Shown here: positions 16,301-25,530 of the stretch, one piece after another
Layout of the letters: every line of letters starts with the position of its first letter
Position numbering within the stretch: the first letter of the stretch is position 1
Source of the DNA: an uncultured delta proteobacterium
GTDB lineage: Bacteria; Myxococcota; Myxococcia; Myxococcales; Anaeromyxobacteraceae
NCBI GenBank assembly: GCA_963814585.1
Contig: CAWFDF010000004.1
Span: forward strand, 1-64,000
Direction of reading: 5' to 3'
DNA length: 64,000 nucleotides
Notes under the pieces: model-generated
The model's input: the letters and a program-made list of their open reading frames with translations, nothing else
Told to the model about the DNA's origin: nothing
The model's database searches: none
Made by a program: the position numbers and the translations under genes

Positions 16301-18236
16301 TCACGGTGTAGATGCCGGGGGTCGCGGTCTCGCTCGCGGTCACGGTCAAGGTCGCGCTCCCGCCGGCGGCGACGGCCGACGTGTCGAGGGTGGCCGTCAC
16401 GCCTCCGTTCGAGGGCGAGACGGCTGCGGACAGCCCGACGGTGCCCGGCGAGCCGACCTGCGCCGTGCTGATCGTGGAGGTCTCCGACCCGCCACGCACG
16501 ATGCCCACCGCATCTGGCGAGGCGGAGATGGTGAAGTCGGCAGGCGGCACCGTGACGGTCACGACCGTGGTGCGGACGACGGAGCCCAGCGTGCCGGTGA
16601 CGGTCGCCGTGTAGTCACCGGGGGCCAGGTCTGCGGCGGCCGCGAGGCTGACCGTCGGTGCCGTCGCGGATCCCAGTTCGTACGAGGAATCCGACAGGGA
16701 TGCAGTCAGGCCGGGGTTCGAGGTCGCCACGCCGAGGTTGACGGTGCCCGTGGAGGATCCGACCGGGGCGATGCTGATCGTGCTCAATTCCTGGGCGCCC
16801 TGCGGCACCGTCACGCTCGCGGGCGCGGCGTCGATCGAGAAGTCCGGGTTCGGGACGACCGTCACGCCCACGCTGGTCGTGCGCGTGAACGAGCCCTCGG
16901 TGCCGGCCACCGTGACGCTGTACGGGCCCGGGGTCGCGGACGCCGCCGCCGAGACGGTGAGCGTTGCGCTCCCGCCGGCGGCGACGCTCGACGCGTCGAT
17001 GGTTGCCGTCACGCCGCCGTTCGAGGGCGAGACGGCTGCGGACAGCCCGACGGTTCCGGGCGAGCCAACCTTCGTTGTGCTGATCGTGGACTGCGTTGCG
17101 GAACCGGGCGTGGTCGACACCGTGTCCGGCGAGGCGGAGATGGTGAAGTCGGCGGGCGGCACCGTGACGGTCACGACCGTGGTGCGGACGACGGAGCCCA
17201 GCGTGCCGGTGATGGTGGCGGTGTAGTTCCCGGGGGCGAGGGTCGCCGCAGCCGAGACCGTGAGCACCGGCGCGGTCGGCGACCCGAGGACGTAGGAGTT
17301 CGCCGACAGGGATGCAGTCAGGCCGGGGTTCGAGGTCGCCACGCCGAGGTCGACGGTGCCCGTGGAGGATCCGACCGGGGCGATGCTGATCGTGCTCGAT
17401 TCCTGGGCGCCCTGCGGCACCGTCACGCTCGCCGGCGAGGCGGCGATCGTGAAGTCCCCGAGGCTCGAGAGGGCGGCCGCGTAGACGGCGACGTTGGAGG
17501 CGTCGGTGTTGGTGCCTGCGGAGGCGAGGACGTAGGTGACCTTCATCTTCTGGCTGGCCGTCCCATCGCCCTGGAAGTCGATGGTGTAGATGCGGCCGTA
17601 GTTCTCGTCGCCGAGGACGCCGTTGTCGGTCTGCGTGACGGTCCCGATCGAGGCCGTCAGCTTGCCCGTCCCGTGGTGGGCGTGGACCCACAGCGTGAGG
17701 CGCTGCGGCACCGTCGTCGCGGGTACCGTGAACGAGAAGCCGTAGCCGACCATCGGGGAGGTGCCGGAGTAGTGCTGGAGTCCCGCCCGAACCTTCGTTC
17801 CGGTCACCGCCGTCGAGGACCCGTCCGTCCAGTCGAACGCGAACGGGACCGTCTTCACGCCGTTGCCCCAGGTCAGGTTGCAGCACGAGCCAAGCGCACG
17901 GAGGCTCGTCTTCGAGACCACGGGGCTGCCGGCGACCTTCGTCAGGTCACTGATCCCGGCACCACCGGCCTTCCGGGCATTGCCGGCGAGGCTGGTGCTC
18001 GAGCGCCCCCACAGCCGCCAGTCCGTCGTGCCGGCCGTGGTCAGCATCTGCGTTGCCGACTTGAAGCCCGTGTACGTACCGCTCGTGACCCCGTTGTCGA
18101 CGGACACGCCGATCGCCGGCGGGTCCGCGGCGACCACCGTCGCAGGCACGACCTGTGCGATCAGCAGCACCATGCCGAGGAGGGCGGAGAGCCGCTGGAG
18201 CCGGAGATGCTGGCTGCGGCCAGAGCGGAAGATCAT
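10311..18236 (-). CDS. Giant secreted multidomain protein (~2640 aa): signal peptide, Ig-like repeats, PPC-like domain split by hexapeptide repeats, C25/gingipain-like cysteine peptidase domain, C-terminal Big/MBG-like Ig domains
   Basis: One uninterrupted ORF; GGAGG before ATG 18236; hydrophobic signal ending VVA-AD; C25-like motifs YVVLVGGD..VPF, DLAVGRL, LAGHF, STGCHAG; Thr/Ser/Val-rich beta repeats. Confidence 0.85.
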   Translation of the reverse strand: MIFRSGRSQHLRLQRLSALLGMVLLIAQVVPATVVAADPPAIGVSVDNGVTSGTYTGFKSATQMLTTAGTTDWRLWGRSSTSLAGNARKAGGAGISDLTKVAGSPVVSKTSLRALGSCCNLTWGNGVKTVPFAFDWTDGSSTAVTGTKVRAGLQHYSGTSPMVGYGFSFTVPATTVPQRLTLWVHAHHGTGKLTASIGTVTQTDNGVLGDENYGRIYTIDFQGDGTASQKMKVTYVLASAGTNTDASNVAVYAAALSSLGDFTIAASPASVTVPQGAQESSTISIAPVGSSTGTVDLGVATSNPGLTASLSANSYVLGSPTAPVLTVSAAATLAPGNYTATITGTLGSVVRTTVVTVTVPPADFTISASPDTVSTTPGSATQSTISTTKVGSPGTVGLSAAVSPSNGGVTATIDASSVAAGGSATLTVSAAASATPGPYSVTVAGTEGSFTRTTSVGVTVVPNPDFSIDAAPASVTVPQGAQELSTISIAPVGSSTGTVNLGVATSNPGLTASLSDSSYELGSATAPTVSLAAAADLAPGDYTATVTGTLGSVVRTTVVTVTVPPADFTISASPDAVGIVRGGSETSTISTAQVGSPGTVGLSAAVSPSNGGVTATLDTSAVAAGGSATLTVTASETATPGIYTVTVTGTEGSFTHAATVTAELVLQENVPLLYRAAPAGDGKTRIEGVLWAEPSTIFTVKLYSSTSCAQADGQLADPGVAATITGVTTDASGRAQIDRIVDWAPGAGATSFVAGRLSPPPATSNLGPCIVVSDPNDTWTNARTIGPNGTVTGFLDDYGRSRWYRFPIKPGGEVEVSLTGADGSDLPDDYDQFLFTNIPDALAALNGSQTLAQLTAQFAGNRSYIGNRSYIGNPSYIGNPSYIGNPSYIGNRSYIGNPSYIGNRSYIGNPSYIGNPSYIGNPSYIGNKSYIGNKSYIGNKSYIGNPSYIGNPSYIGNRSYIGNEIYGAYATAASNSLIGWNLEEGPKAGKIPAFTWTNDGYFYVHVTGKNGAYNVEKPFKLTVTTVPNVCSPVVPSALPAPAVGSANSTAQTIILWDRTRIEGTAAEKDALAAKLATLAGTTGDIVDLSQDNRVQGLNQQADTIASCVYAKSLVASAIRDIVQAHRNPNLKYVVLVGGDSSVPFFRYPDPADLAPESWYVPPVDSTSASEASLRSDYVLGQDEYGASTILSLGGTRFPVPDLAVGRLVETASEATGMIDAYLGTGGSITPKTSLVSGYDFIADSAETVATQLALGTGATGSPAVSGAKVDSLINNDWTADDLRTYLLGTTHYDTVYLAGHFDANALLAADYATTLNAAELSPAGVDLRNTLVFSTGCHAGYGIVDGDAVDGVTQPLDWAQALARKGATLVAGTGFQYGDDELVEYSERVYAEFSRQLRAGNGPVDIGSALVKAKLAYLAATPDAIGLHQKALLTAAVFGLPMFSVNMPGARTGAGTGPSIVDSTNNTLGVASADVNLGSFGITEVTKTDVNPDATYYTGRDGVASHPGEPALPRIVENVGVAGKVLRGVGFRGGAFAEKSLVPMTGAPGTEFGGSQTPFQSTTFFPARMWLASYFADFSGGSTNLVVTPVQHRVVNPGDSTAIRRLYSSLGLRLFYANEADTEAAAASAPSIYDVQATRDGNVVSFEAHVRGNDALGADNVKTAWITYTFGNTGCKCWDSVDLVRDTADPNLWTGSLTLPSNVSADDLRYIVQSANGAALVAVDDRDGAYYSLGDTSSVPAQPSGLTVSSTTSSGLYGASVSVSATLTSDSSPIEGKPVVFRIGSSIETAVTGANGKAGVTLLLQTAPGTQQLAATFAGDAGYLASSATSTFTVNKLPTTVVLDAPDAIVFGGASGISATLEANGSPLGFQTLTFVLTGQPGTATEGFGYTKSVSTDTSGVGALGTIPTSLPAGPYTLSVYFSGTIELSPWNSTPDEVTLADPLYRPATPDTKSLTARIPQAPLSVSGPTSATFGAPDQLLATTGGSGTGATTFDAGASTACSVVVNQIDDKSYLKVLAGAGTCSITAIKAADDIYAQATSPATEVAVGKGSQSITFAQPASPATFGTSFTVNPTAISGLSVTLVATGGCAADGFAVTMTSGTTACGLTASQGGDDNWDAATPVQVSVAAAQAPATLSLSGLNKTYDGSAQGATVTVEPAGLAGVTVTYGGTPTLPTDAGYYAVVATLANPDYQATGATGTLSIAKAPSSVSITNIPSGAQVNDFFTPTYAKVGDGTTSTTSSTTDTCTVSSAGVVSFVGAGTCTLTPAITAGTNYQAATGSPSSLTITKRTQAIAFTSAAPAASVYGDSYTPAAIGGGSGQPVLFTATGACSFASGKVSMTTSGSCTVAANQAGDSAYLAAPEVTQAFSVGKKPATLAYTGGHSWSAGAGTSASVTLTGTVTPAAGGTVSTTNATVDFLLYHAGNFAGTPDDHCLTTANAAGTASCTKTLGLDDWTVIMTIPADNAHFTAPAASPVVVTVIQTAAKYLTGAGSVVDPSTGDIPVKVAAAPGNRGYFGFIVKYKSGTTTPQGMAVYTFRGIDGYDYWFTTSSWTGGALSISSGKGSFTSKCNVTVVNPATMKAVSGLGGTGYTCKWDVTDGSPERLALNVTSSTGTLYHQVGTAGAQVTLASGGVTVKAGS
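15354..15659 (-). repeat. Coding tandem repeat, 17 x 18 bp, encoding GN[R/P/K]SYI
   Basis: Units such as gatatacgacgggttgcc and gatgtagctggggttgcc on the + strand; Ser uses both TCG and AGC codons while the amino-acid pattern is kept. Confidence 0.97.
16240..17456 (-). repeat. Internal tandem duplication (612-bp period, two Ig-like modules per copy)
   Basis: DFTIAASPASVTVPQGAQESSTISIAPVGSSTG... at 17456 and DFSIDAAPASVTVPQGAQELSTISIAPVGSSTG... at 16844, with long identical DNA stretches. Confidence 0.9.
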
Positions 18237-18316
18237 CTGTGGGCCTCCCGGAGGCTGTGTTGCGCGGAGCGCGGCTGACAAGCCAAAGGGGTCGCTGGCG
18301 CTGTGACCTGCAAGTA

Positions 18317-18332
18317 TGTGACCTTTGGCACG
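18317..18332. promoter_or_regulatory. Putative CRP-family binding site upstream of the giant protein gene
   Basis: TGTGACCTTTGGCACG matches TGTGA-N6-TCACA at 8/10 and GTG-N8-CAC exactly; a second TGTGACCT half-site starts at 18302. Confidence 0.4.
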
Positions 18333-18432
18333 GTTTGGGTAGTACCTATGGCGGTGACAACACGCACCGGGCGGGTCGGTCCGCGGTGGCGATCCGCGGC
18401 ATCGGCGCCCGGGCGTCCGCGGCGTGTGCGGA

Positions 18433-21400
18433 TCAGCGTTGCGGCGCGGCCGTCAGCGACAACGTGACCGTGATCGCCGCGTCCAGCGACAGCCCAGCCC
18501 CGCCTTGCGCGCGGCATCTGCTGCCTCTCCGCCGATCGCCGCCCGTGACCCGGCCAGCGCCTCTGCCAACTGCTCCTCCGCACCGCTGAAGCGCACCGAG
18601 CCCAGGGCTGCCCGCAGCGCATCGGCGGCACCCAGGAGCGTGTAGGCATCGACGTGGCGCGACGTTCGCGCGGCGAGGACCGCGACGTCCTCGAACAGCG
18701 CCATCAACGGCGCCGTGTCGTTGAGGTCGCGGTACGTCTTCGCGGCTGCGCCGTAGGCGAGCCCGGCCTCCTCGAGGCGCCCGAGGTCCCGGAGCGCGTC
18801 GCCCATGTTGTTCTCGGCGATCGCGCGGTTCAGCCGGTCACCGACCAGGCCGGACAGGCGGATCGCCTCCTCGCATCGCCGGAGGGAGCTCTCGTGGTCG
18901 CCCGCGATCCCGTCCATCCAGGCGAGGTTGATCTGGCACGACATGATCCGTCGCGGTTCCCCGATCTCCGTGTAGAGCTGGAGGGCGCGCTCGCCGAGCT
19001 CCCGCGCCGTCTCCATCTCGCCGAGGTCCTGCGCGACGATCCCGAGGTTGTTGGTCAGTGCGGCGACGCCCGAGATGTCGCCCATGCGCTCGCGAATCGC
19101 GAGGCTCTCCAGGTAGCGGTCTCGGGCCGTGGCCACATCGCCGCGCTGGGCGTTCACCGTGCCGGTCTCCTGGAGCACATCCGCGAGACCTGTCTCGTCG
19201 CCGAGGGCCGCGTAGGCAGTGCGAGCGGCCTCGAGCAGATCCGCAGCATCGTCGAACCGGCCCAGCCTCCTGGCCGACTGCGCCAGCGAGTGGTCGCACC
19301 GCGCGACGAGGATCGGGTCATCGAGGGTGATCGCGGTCTCGCGGGCGTCGGCAACGACGCGAACGGCGCGCTGCGTTTCGCCGATGAGGTGCAGGACCTG
19401 TGCGAGCGCAAGGGTCTCGGCCACCCGTTCCCCGCCGTCGAGCAGCGGGATCAGGCGATCGAAGTAGGCGATGGCCGCGCTGTTCGCGTACGACGCCTGC
19501 GCCGGCAGCTGCCGCCCTGGTCAGGTACTCGCGCTTCTTCGCCTCGTCGTCGCCGCGCCAGTAGTGGTGCTCCAGCAGTGGCACCACCCTGTCGAGGTCG
19601 TCGGCCTCGGAGCGCTCGATGTAGCCAGCGATCCGCCGGTGGAGGATGGCGCGCAGCGCGAACGGCAGGCTCTCGTAGGCGACCTCCTGGGTCACCATGT
19701 GCTTGAACATCCAGGCCTGGTCCGTCTCACGGTCGAGCGACACGAGGTCCAGCACTCGTAGCACGTCGAGATCGCCCAGGACGGTCTCGAGATTGCCGAG
19801 CTCGTCGTAGGCGCCCGGCAGCGTCGGCGCAGTGAACACCCGTCCGACCACGCTCGCCACCTTCATCGTCCGGCGGGGTCCTTCGGCCGCGGCATCGATG
19901 CGGCTGAGCACGAGGGTGTGCAGGCTTTCCGGGAGCCGGAGGTTCGCTGCCGCTTCAGGGTTGGCGGCGTCGATGCCCGAGGCGATGACGAAGTTGAGCA
20001 GCTCCTCCACGTAGAACGGGTTGCCGTCCGACCGGGAGGCCACGAGCTCGACGAGGGAGTCCGAGACCTCGGCGTCCCTGCCTGCCAGCTGCTGCATCTT
20101 CGAGCGGACCAGCTCCGCGACCTCGGCGGGTTCCATGCGGTCCAGGACGAGCTCCGAGAACCCGGGGTGGCGCTCGACCCCGAGATCGCCGCCCGGCTCG
20201 GTCGCCGGGCGGTAGGCGAGCACGAACAGGATCGGCAGGGATGTCGCCGCCCGGGTGAGAACCTCGAGGAGGTCCCTGGACAGCTCGTCGATCCAGTGGC
20301 AGTCCTCGAGCACCGTGACGAAGGGAGCCTCGGTGGCCCGCGCCTTGAGGCACGTGGCCAGCAGGTCTTCGAGCGATGACTTGCGCAGTCTCGCGTCGAA
20401 GGTTCGGGTCACGCTGGAGTCGGGGATCGACAGCCCGACAACCTCGCTGAGCAGCGGAGTACGCGCCACGAGCCCGGGGTCGATCGCCGCGAGCCGCGAC
20501 TCGAGCTGGGCGATCTGGCGCTCCCGGGTATCGTCGTCGTCGAGCCCGAACAGCCGGCGCCAGATCTCGCGCCACACGAAGTACGGCGTCCGGGTCCCGT
20601 AGGCCTGGCACTCACCGAAGGCAACGAGCTGGCCGTCCCGGCGGACGTTGCGCACGAACTCCGCGACGAGCCGCGACTTGCCCATGCCGGCCTCGGCCGC
20701 GATGCCCACGACGTGGCCATGTCCCTCAAGGGTGTGGCCGAGCCGCTCCTCGAGCATCGCGAGCTCCTGCCGCCGCCCGACGAGCCCCAGCTCGAACCGG
20801 GTCTTGCGCTGCGATGCCCGCTCCAGCGAGCCGTTGAGCGCATACACGGCGACGGGCTCGGCCTTGCCCTTGACCTTCATGTCCGGCAGGCGTTCCCAGA
20901 TGAACGCGTCGCCGGCGGCCTCCTGGACGACGTCGCTCACGTAGATGCGGCCGGGCGGCGCCGCCGACATCAGGCGGGCAGCGAGGTTGACCGCGTCCCC
21001 AAGGCAGACGAACGTCCGACGCATCTCGTGGCCGTACGTGCCGCTGCGCAGGCGGCCGTGCGTCATGCCGATCTGGATGTCTCGCGCCGCGGTGGTCTTC
21101 TCGAGGTCGCGCAGGTCCAGGGCCGCTGCCGCGGCGCGCGCCGCATCGTCCTCGTGCGCGAGCGGTGACCCGAAGACGCCGTAGAGGTAGGCGCCCTTGT
21201 CGCCGAGGGTGAGCTGGAGGACGTTGCCGCCGAAGCCGCTCAGGACGCGCTGCGCCGCGCGGACGAACTCGTCCAGCTTGTGGATCGCCCCGTCGTCGTT
21301 GTCGTAGTCGATCCCGCCGAAGCGCAGGAAGACCGGGATCGATGGCCGGAGCTCGGCCAGGAACTCGCCGCGGCCCGTGCGCAGGCGTTCGTACACGGCC

Positions 21401-22162
21401 GGCAGCAGCCATGGCCGGACGAGGTCGTCGGGAAGCGGGTCCGGCTGGTACCCGGGTTCGGGCTCCACGTCCACCAGCAGGCCCTGGAGCACGGCGCAGG
21501 TGCGGCCCGTCGCCTCGTCGGTCCGGAGATCGCCGAGGGCGACCAACCCCTCGAGGGCCTCGACGGCGGACGGGTCGAGCACGATCTCGCCCTTCTCGGC
21601 GTGGTGCTCGGCCTCCGCCAGATCGTCCATGATGCGGCCGGCGAGCACGTCGATCAGCTGGATGTCCGGGTCACCCACCACGAACCGGCGCGCACTTCCC
21701 GACGGCCACCGCGACCTTCATCGCGAGCCTGACCTCGGCGCCTCCGGGCGTGACGATCAGCCCCGTCCGCTCGATGGCCTCCTGCATGCCCATCGCCGCC
21801 GCGCAGGCCCGGGTGCCGTCGTCACCGTCGATCCAGCACGTGATCGCGTCGCCGGCGAAGTAGATGACGTTGCCGTCGTAGGCGTCGAGCTCGCTGATGA
21901 CCGCGTGGAACACCCGGCCGATGTTGGCCGTCAGCTCCTCCGCGCCACGCTGGGGCCCGAGCTCCTTGGCAAGGGCCTCCGTCAGGGGGGTGAAGCCACT
22001 GATGTCGGCGAACAGCCCGGATCCCGTGACACGGTCCGGGAGCGTGCGGCCGGTGTGCAGCGCCCAGCGGCGGTCGCGCGGGATGTAGGCGTCCGGCCGG
22101 TCGCGGGCGAGGTCCCACGACACCGTTTCGGATGCCCGGGTCGATGGCTGGGACGCGCTCAT
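18433..22162 (-). CDS. Soluble adenylyl cyclase-like protein: two class III cyclase domains + STAND/AAA ATPase + TPR (apparent frameshifts near 21685, 19505, 18495)
   Basis: C1 LFADISGFT..FAGDA; C2 GDKG..HEDDA..LGDAVNLAARLM; Walker A AEAGMGKS, Walker B VLEDCHW, GNPFYVEE, FKHMVTQEVAY; TPRs such as ALTNNLGIVA; pieces lie in consecutive frames. Confidence 0.85.
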
Positions 22163-22244
22163 GCCCACATTGTGGCGGTTCCCACCGACCGCGTCACCGC
22201 GGTGCCCCGGCTCGCCCGGTTGCGGCGCGGTGACGGGCCCTGTG

Positions 22245-23019
22245 TCAGAGCTCGCGGCGCCGGAAGGATGCCACCGCGGCGGCGGCGCACAGGGCGATCA
22301 GGACGAGCGTTCCTGCGACCGCGGTCAGGAGATCAGCCGTGAGGTCCCCGGATGTGCCGCCGGTCGCCAGGCTGGTCCCCGGCGCGGCCAGCCCGGTCGG
22401 CAGCACCCGGCCGAGGGCGGGGACCACGGACAGCAGGCTGATCACGACCAGTGCCACGAACCCCAGCCCGGCCGCCGCGGTCGTCGAGCCCGTGACTGCG
22501 GACGCGAGGAACGTGACGGCCGCCCACGCGAGCAGTGCCAGCCACGCAAGCACCGCCATCGCCAGCCAGCCGCCCACGGGCATCGGCTCGAACAGGATCG
22601 AGGTGTAGACCCAGGCGACGCCGGCCCCGAGCGACGGTGCACGCCGCAAGGACGACCGCGATCCCCGCAGCTTCGCCATCAGGAAGGCCGGGCGCGTCGC
22701 CGGCTGGGCGAGCACGAGCGCTGCCGTGCCGCCGGTCCAGCTCGCCCGAGACGGACCCCATCGCGAGCGCGATCGCCGCCAGGGCTCCGAGCTGCCCGAG
22801 GTTCTTCTGGAGCTGGTCGAGGGCCATGGTGGCCGATGGCTCCGGCAGTGCCACGGGCAGCTGGTCGCCCAGCACGGCGGTGAGGATCTCGTTCATGAAG
22901 CGCGCGGTCGACGGCGAGATGATCCCGACGGCAAGGAACAGCAGCGCGATCACCGGCAGGCGCCGCGTGCGCCACGCCTCCAGCAGCTCCTTGCGGAGGA
23001 GCACGGCGAAGCCCGTCAT
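22245..23019 (-). pseudogene. ABC-2 type exporter permease, several frameshifts (pseudogene or sequence error)
   Basis: MTGFAVLLRKELLEAWRTRR...MGSVSGELDR.. then LAQPATRPAFLMAKL and ...AVASFRRREL* in other frames. Confidence 0.75.
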
Positions 23020-24384
23020 GCCGCCGCCTCGCCATCGCCGCCGGTGAGGCGCAGGAAGACGTCCTCGAGCGTCGGCCGGGCCCGTGCGACGGAAAGGATC
23101 GAGAGGTCCTGCGCGGCGATCGGCGAGCAGCAGCTCCCGGGCGGCCACGGCGGGATCCGCGACGGCCACCGTCAGCAGGCCATGCTCCACAGCCGCGCCG
23201 GTGACCCATCGGCATCTGGCGCAGGCGGACCGCCAGCTCGGCGAGGGCAGGACCCTGGCCCGGCTCGGCCTCGATCCGGTAGACGGGAAGGGCATACCGC
23301 TCGAGCAGGTCTGCGAGTGGGCCTTCCACCACCAGACGTTCCATGATCGAGGTCCGACACGGTCGCAGATCCGCTCGACGTCGGCCAGGACATGGGTCGA
23401 GACAGGATGGTGGTTGCTCCGCGCAGCCCGGCGATGAGCTCCAGGACGTCGCGGCGACCCTCGGGGTCGAGCGCGCTCACCGGTTCGTCGAGGATCACCA
23501 CGGGACGGGCGATGGACCAGCGCGCCCGCGATGCCGAGCCGCTGCCGCATGCCGCCGGAGTACGTGCCGGTGCGCCGGTCCGCCGCGGCGTCGAGATCGA
23601 CCAGCCCCAGGGCGTCTGCCACCGCCACATCCAGCGCCGGGCCCCGCAGCCCGTGGAGCCGGCCCAGCATTGCGAGCTGTTCACGCCCGGTCATCCAGCC
23701 GTAGGCTCGCGGGTCCTGCTCCAGGTATCCGCAGGCTCCGTCGCACCGCGAGCACGTCGGTGGCGACCTCACGGCCGGCGACCGTCGCGGCGCCTGCGGT
23801 CGGCCTCGTCAGCCCGGCGAGGAGCCGCAGGCACGTGGTCTTGCCGGCGCCGTCGGGGCCCAGGAGCCCGAACACGGAACCCGTTGGGACGGCCATGTCC
23901 AGGCCGTCGAGGGCGAGGACGCCGCCTGCGTACCTCTTGGTCAGACCGGTGACGCGGATGGCATCCGGTTCACTCGCGGGTGCAGGAGCTTCTGCTGCAA
24001 CCGCGCTCGGGAGCCGCGCGAGGGGTACGGGTGTGACGGTGCCTCCGGCATGGCGTCTGGTGTGGTGGAAGCGGCCGCGCCGGCTGGAGCATCGACGACG
24101 AGCGGCGGATCATGGGGGCTCCCCCAGCCCGGCATCGTGTCGCGCCCGGGCTCCACGGGCTCCACCGGTGCGTCCACCCGGCCCATGAGGAAGTAGAGGA
24201 TGGGTCCGAAGAGGTTGACGAAGACGATGATGATCGCCCACATCGGCTTGCTGCCGCCGCGCACCTGTCGGTCGCTGCGCAGCAGGTCTGCAATCGCCAG
24301 CACGAGCAGACCGACATAGAGGACGACCAGCGGGATGACGAGCAGCAGAATGGTCGGATCGAACGCGCCGAGGTCGGGGCTCAC
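23016..24384 (-). pseudogene. ABC exporter ATP-binding protein apparently fused to an N-terminal PLDc_N-like membrane hairpin, many frameshifts
   Basis: N-terminus LAIADLLR...KPMWAIIIVFVNLFGPILYFLMGR; then GLTKRY..GLLGPDGAGKTT, YSGGMRQRLGIA, ILDEPVSALDP, STHVLADVERICD spread over several frames. Confidence 0.72.
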
Positions 24385-24666
24385 GACGCGCCCCTGAGAT
24401 GGCGGAGGTGGCGGTCCGCCTTCCATGCCTGGCTGGACCAGGCGAAGGCGACGACGGGGATCATGACGCTCAACGCTAGCATCGCCCCGCGCACCGGGCA
24501 GGGCCGTCCGAACCGCGACAGCAGGTCCAGCCATCTCCCGCCCACCACGACGGACCGCCCGTCGCCTTGGCCCGAAGGTCACGGCCGCCCACTCAGCGCT
24601 TGGTAGACTCGTCGTGCCCGCACCGCTCCCTGTCGCGGGATCCGCAGAGATGCCCGGAGGACCTTC

Positions 24667-25488
24667 ATGACCGACGACCGCGAGCGCTGGGCCCTGATCC
24701 TGGGTGCATCCTCGGAGATGGGCGAGGCGACGGCGCTCAAGCTTGCGGCCAACGGGTACCGGATCTTCGGCATCCATCTCGACTTCCGCGCTGCGCTCGA
24801 GCACGTCGAGGAGGTCAAGGCGAACATCGAGGCCCTCGGGTCCGAGGCCCTGTACATCAACATGAACGCGGCGGACGATGAGAAGCGCACCTCCGCGCTG
24901 GCCACGCTTCGCGCGCGCTTCGACCGCTCGCGGGCCGAGGGCCGCGACCCCTACGTCCGCGTGGTGATGCACTCGCTTGCCTTCGGCTCGCTCGTCCCGT
25001 TCCTGGCCGAGGACCCGAAGGCCTGCGTCGACCGCAAGAAGATGGAGATGACCCAGGACGTCATGGCGAACAGCCTCGTCTACTGGGTGCAGGACCTGTG
25101 GCGCGGCGGCTTCCTGGGTGAGGGCTCGAAGATCTTCTCGATGACCTCCGAAGGATCGACCCGGGTCGTTCCCAGCTACGGCGTCGTCTCCTCGGCGAAG
25201 GCCGCGCTGGAGTCGCACACCCGGCAGCTGGCGATGGAGCTGGCCCGGCTGGGCGGCGGCATCACGGCCAACACGATCCGGGCAGGCGTCACGATGACGC
25301 CTGCGCTCATGAAGATCCCGGAGAAGGACCAGATCATCGAGGCGGCGACGAGACGGAACCCGACCGGTCGCATGACGACGCCGGAGGACGTGGCCAGCGC
25401 CATCCTGGCGCTCTCGGGAGACGGCACGGGGTTCATCAACGGCGAGGTGATCGGCGTTGATGGCGGCGAGTTCATCACCGGCTCCTGA
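24667..25488 (+). CDS. SDR family oxidoreductase (enoyl-ACP reductase FabL-like)
   Basis: LILGASSEMG, YGVVSSAKAALES (YxxxxxxK), ANTIRAG..TPAL, GRMTTPEDVA, INGEVIGVDGG. Confidence 0.85.
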   Translation: MTDDRERWALILGASSEMGEATALKLAANGYRIFGIHLDFRAALEHVEEVKANIEALGSEALYINMNAADDEKRTSALATLRARFDRSRAEGRDPYVRVVMHSLAFGSLVPFLAEDPKACVDRKKMEMTQDVMANSLVYWVQDLWRGGFLGEGSKIFSMTSEGSTRVVPSYGVVSSAKAALESHTRQLAMELARLGGGITANTIRAGVTMTPALMKIPEKDQIIEAATRRNPTGRMTTPEDVASAILALSGDGTGFINGEVIGVDGGEFITGS

Positions 25489-25530
25489 GGGCGCCGGCCA
25501 GGACATGCAGGGCAACGCGGAGGCGATCCG

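Noticed and set aside
13953..18278. Very long + strand ORFs (671 aa, 669 aa) and similar antisense ORFs across the window
   Set aside because: Expected in high-GC DNA opposite real genes; low-information translations with no family motifs.
10311..22162. Bacterial amyloid-signalling (NLR plus effector) system
   Set aside because: The STAND protein has no matching GNxSYI-like motif at its N-terminus, and the repeat-bearing protein has a secretion signal, so direct templating is unsupported.
24381..24482. Short ORF (MLALSVMIPVVAFAWSSQAWKADRHLRHLRGAS) overlapping the PLDc_N start by GTGA
   Set aside because: Too short, no recognisable motif, and in an error-rich region; could be chance or a remnant.
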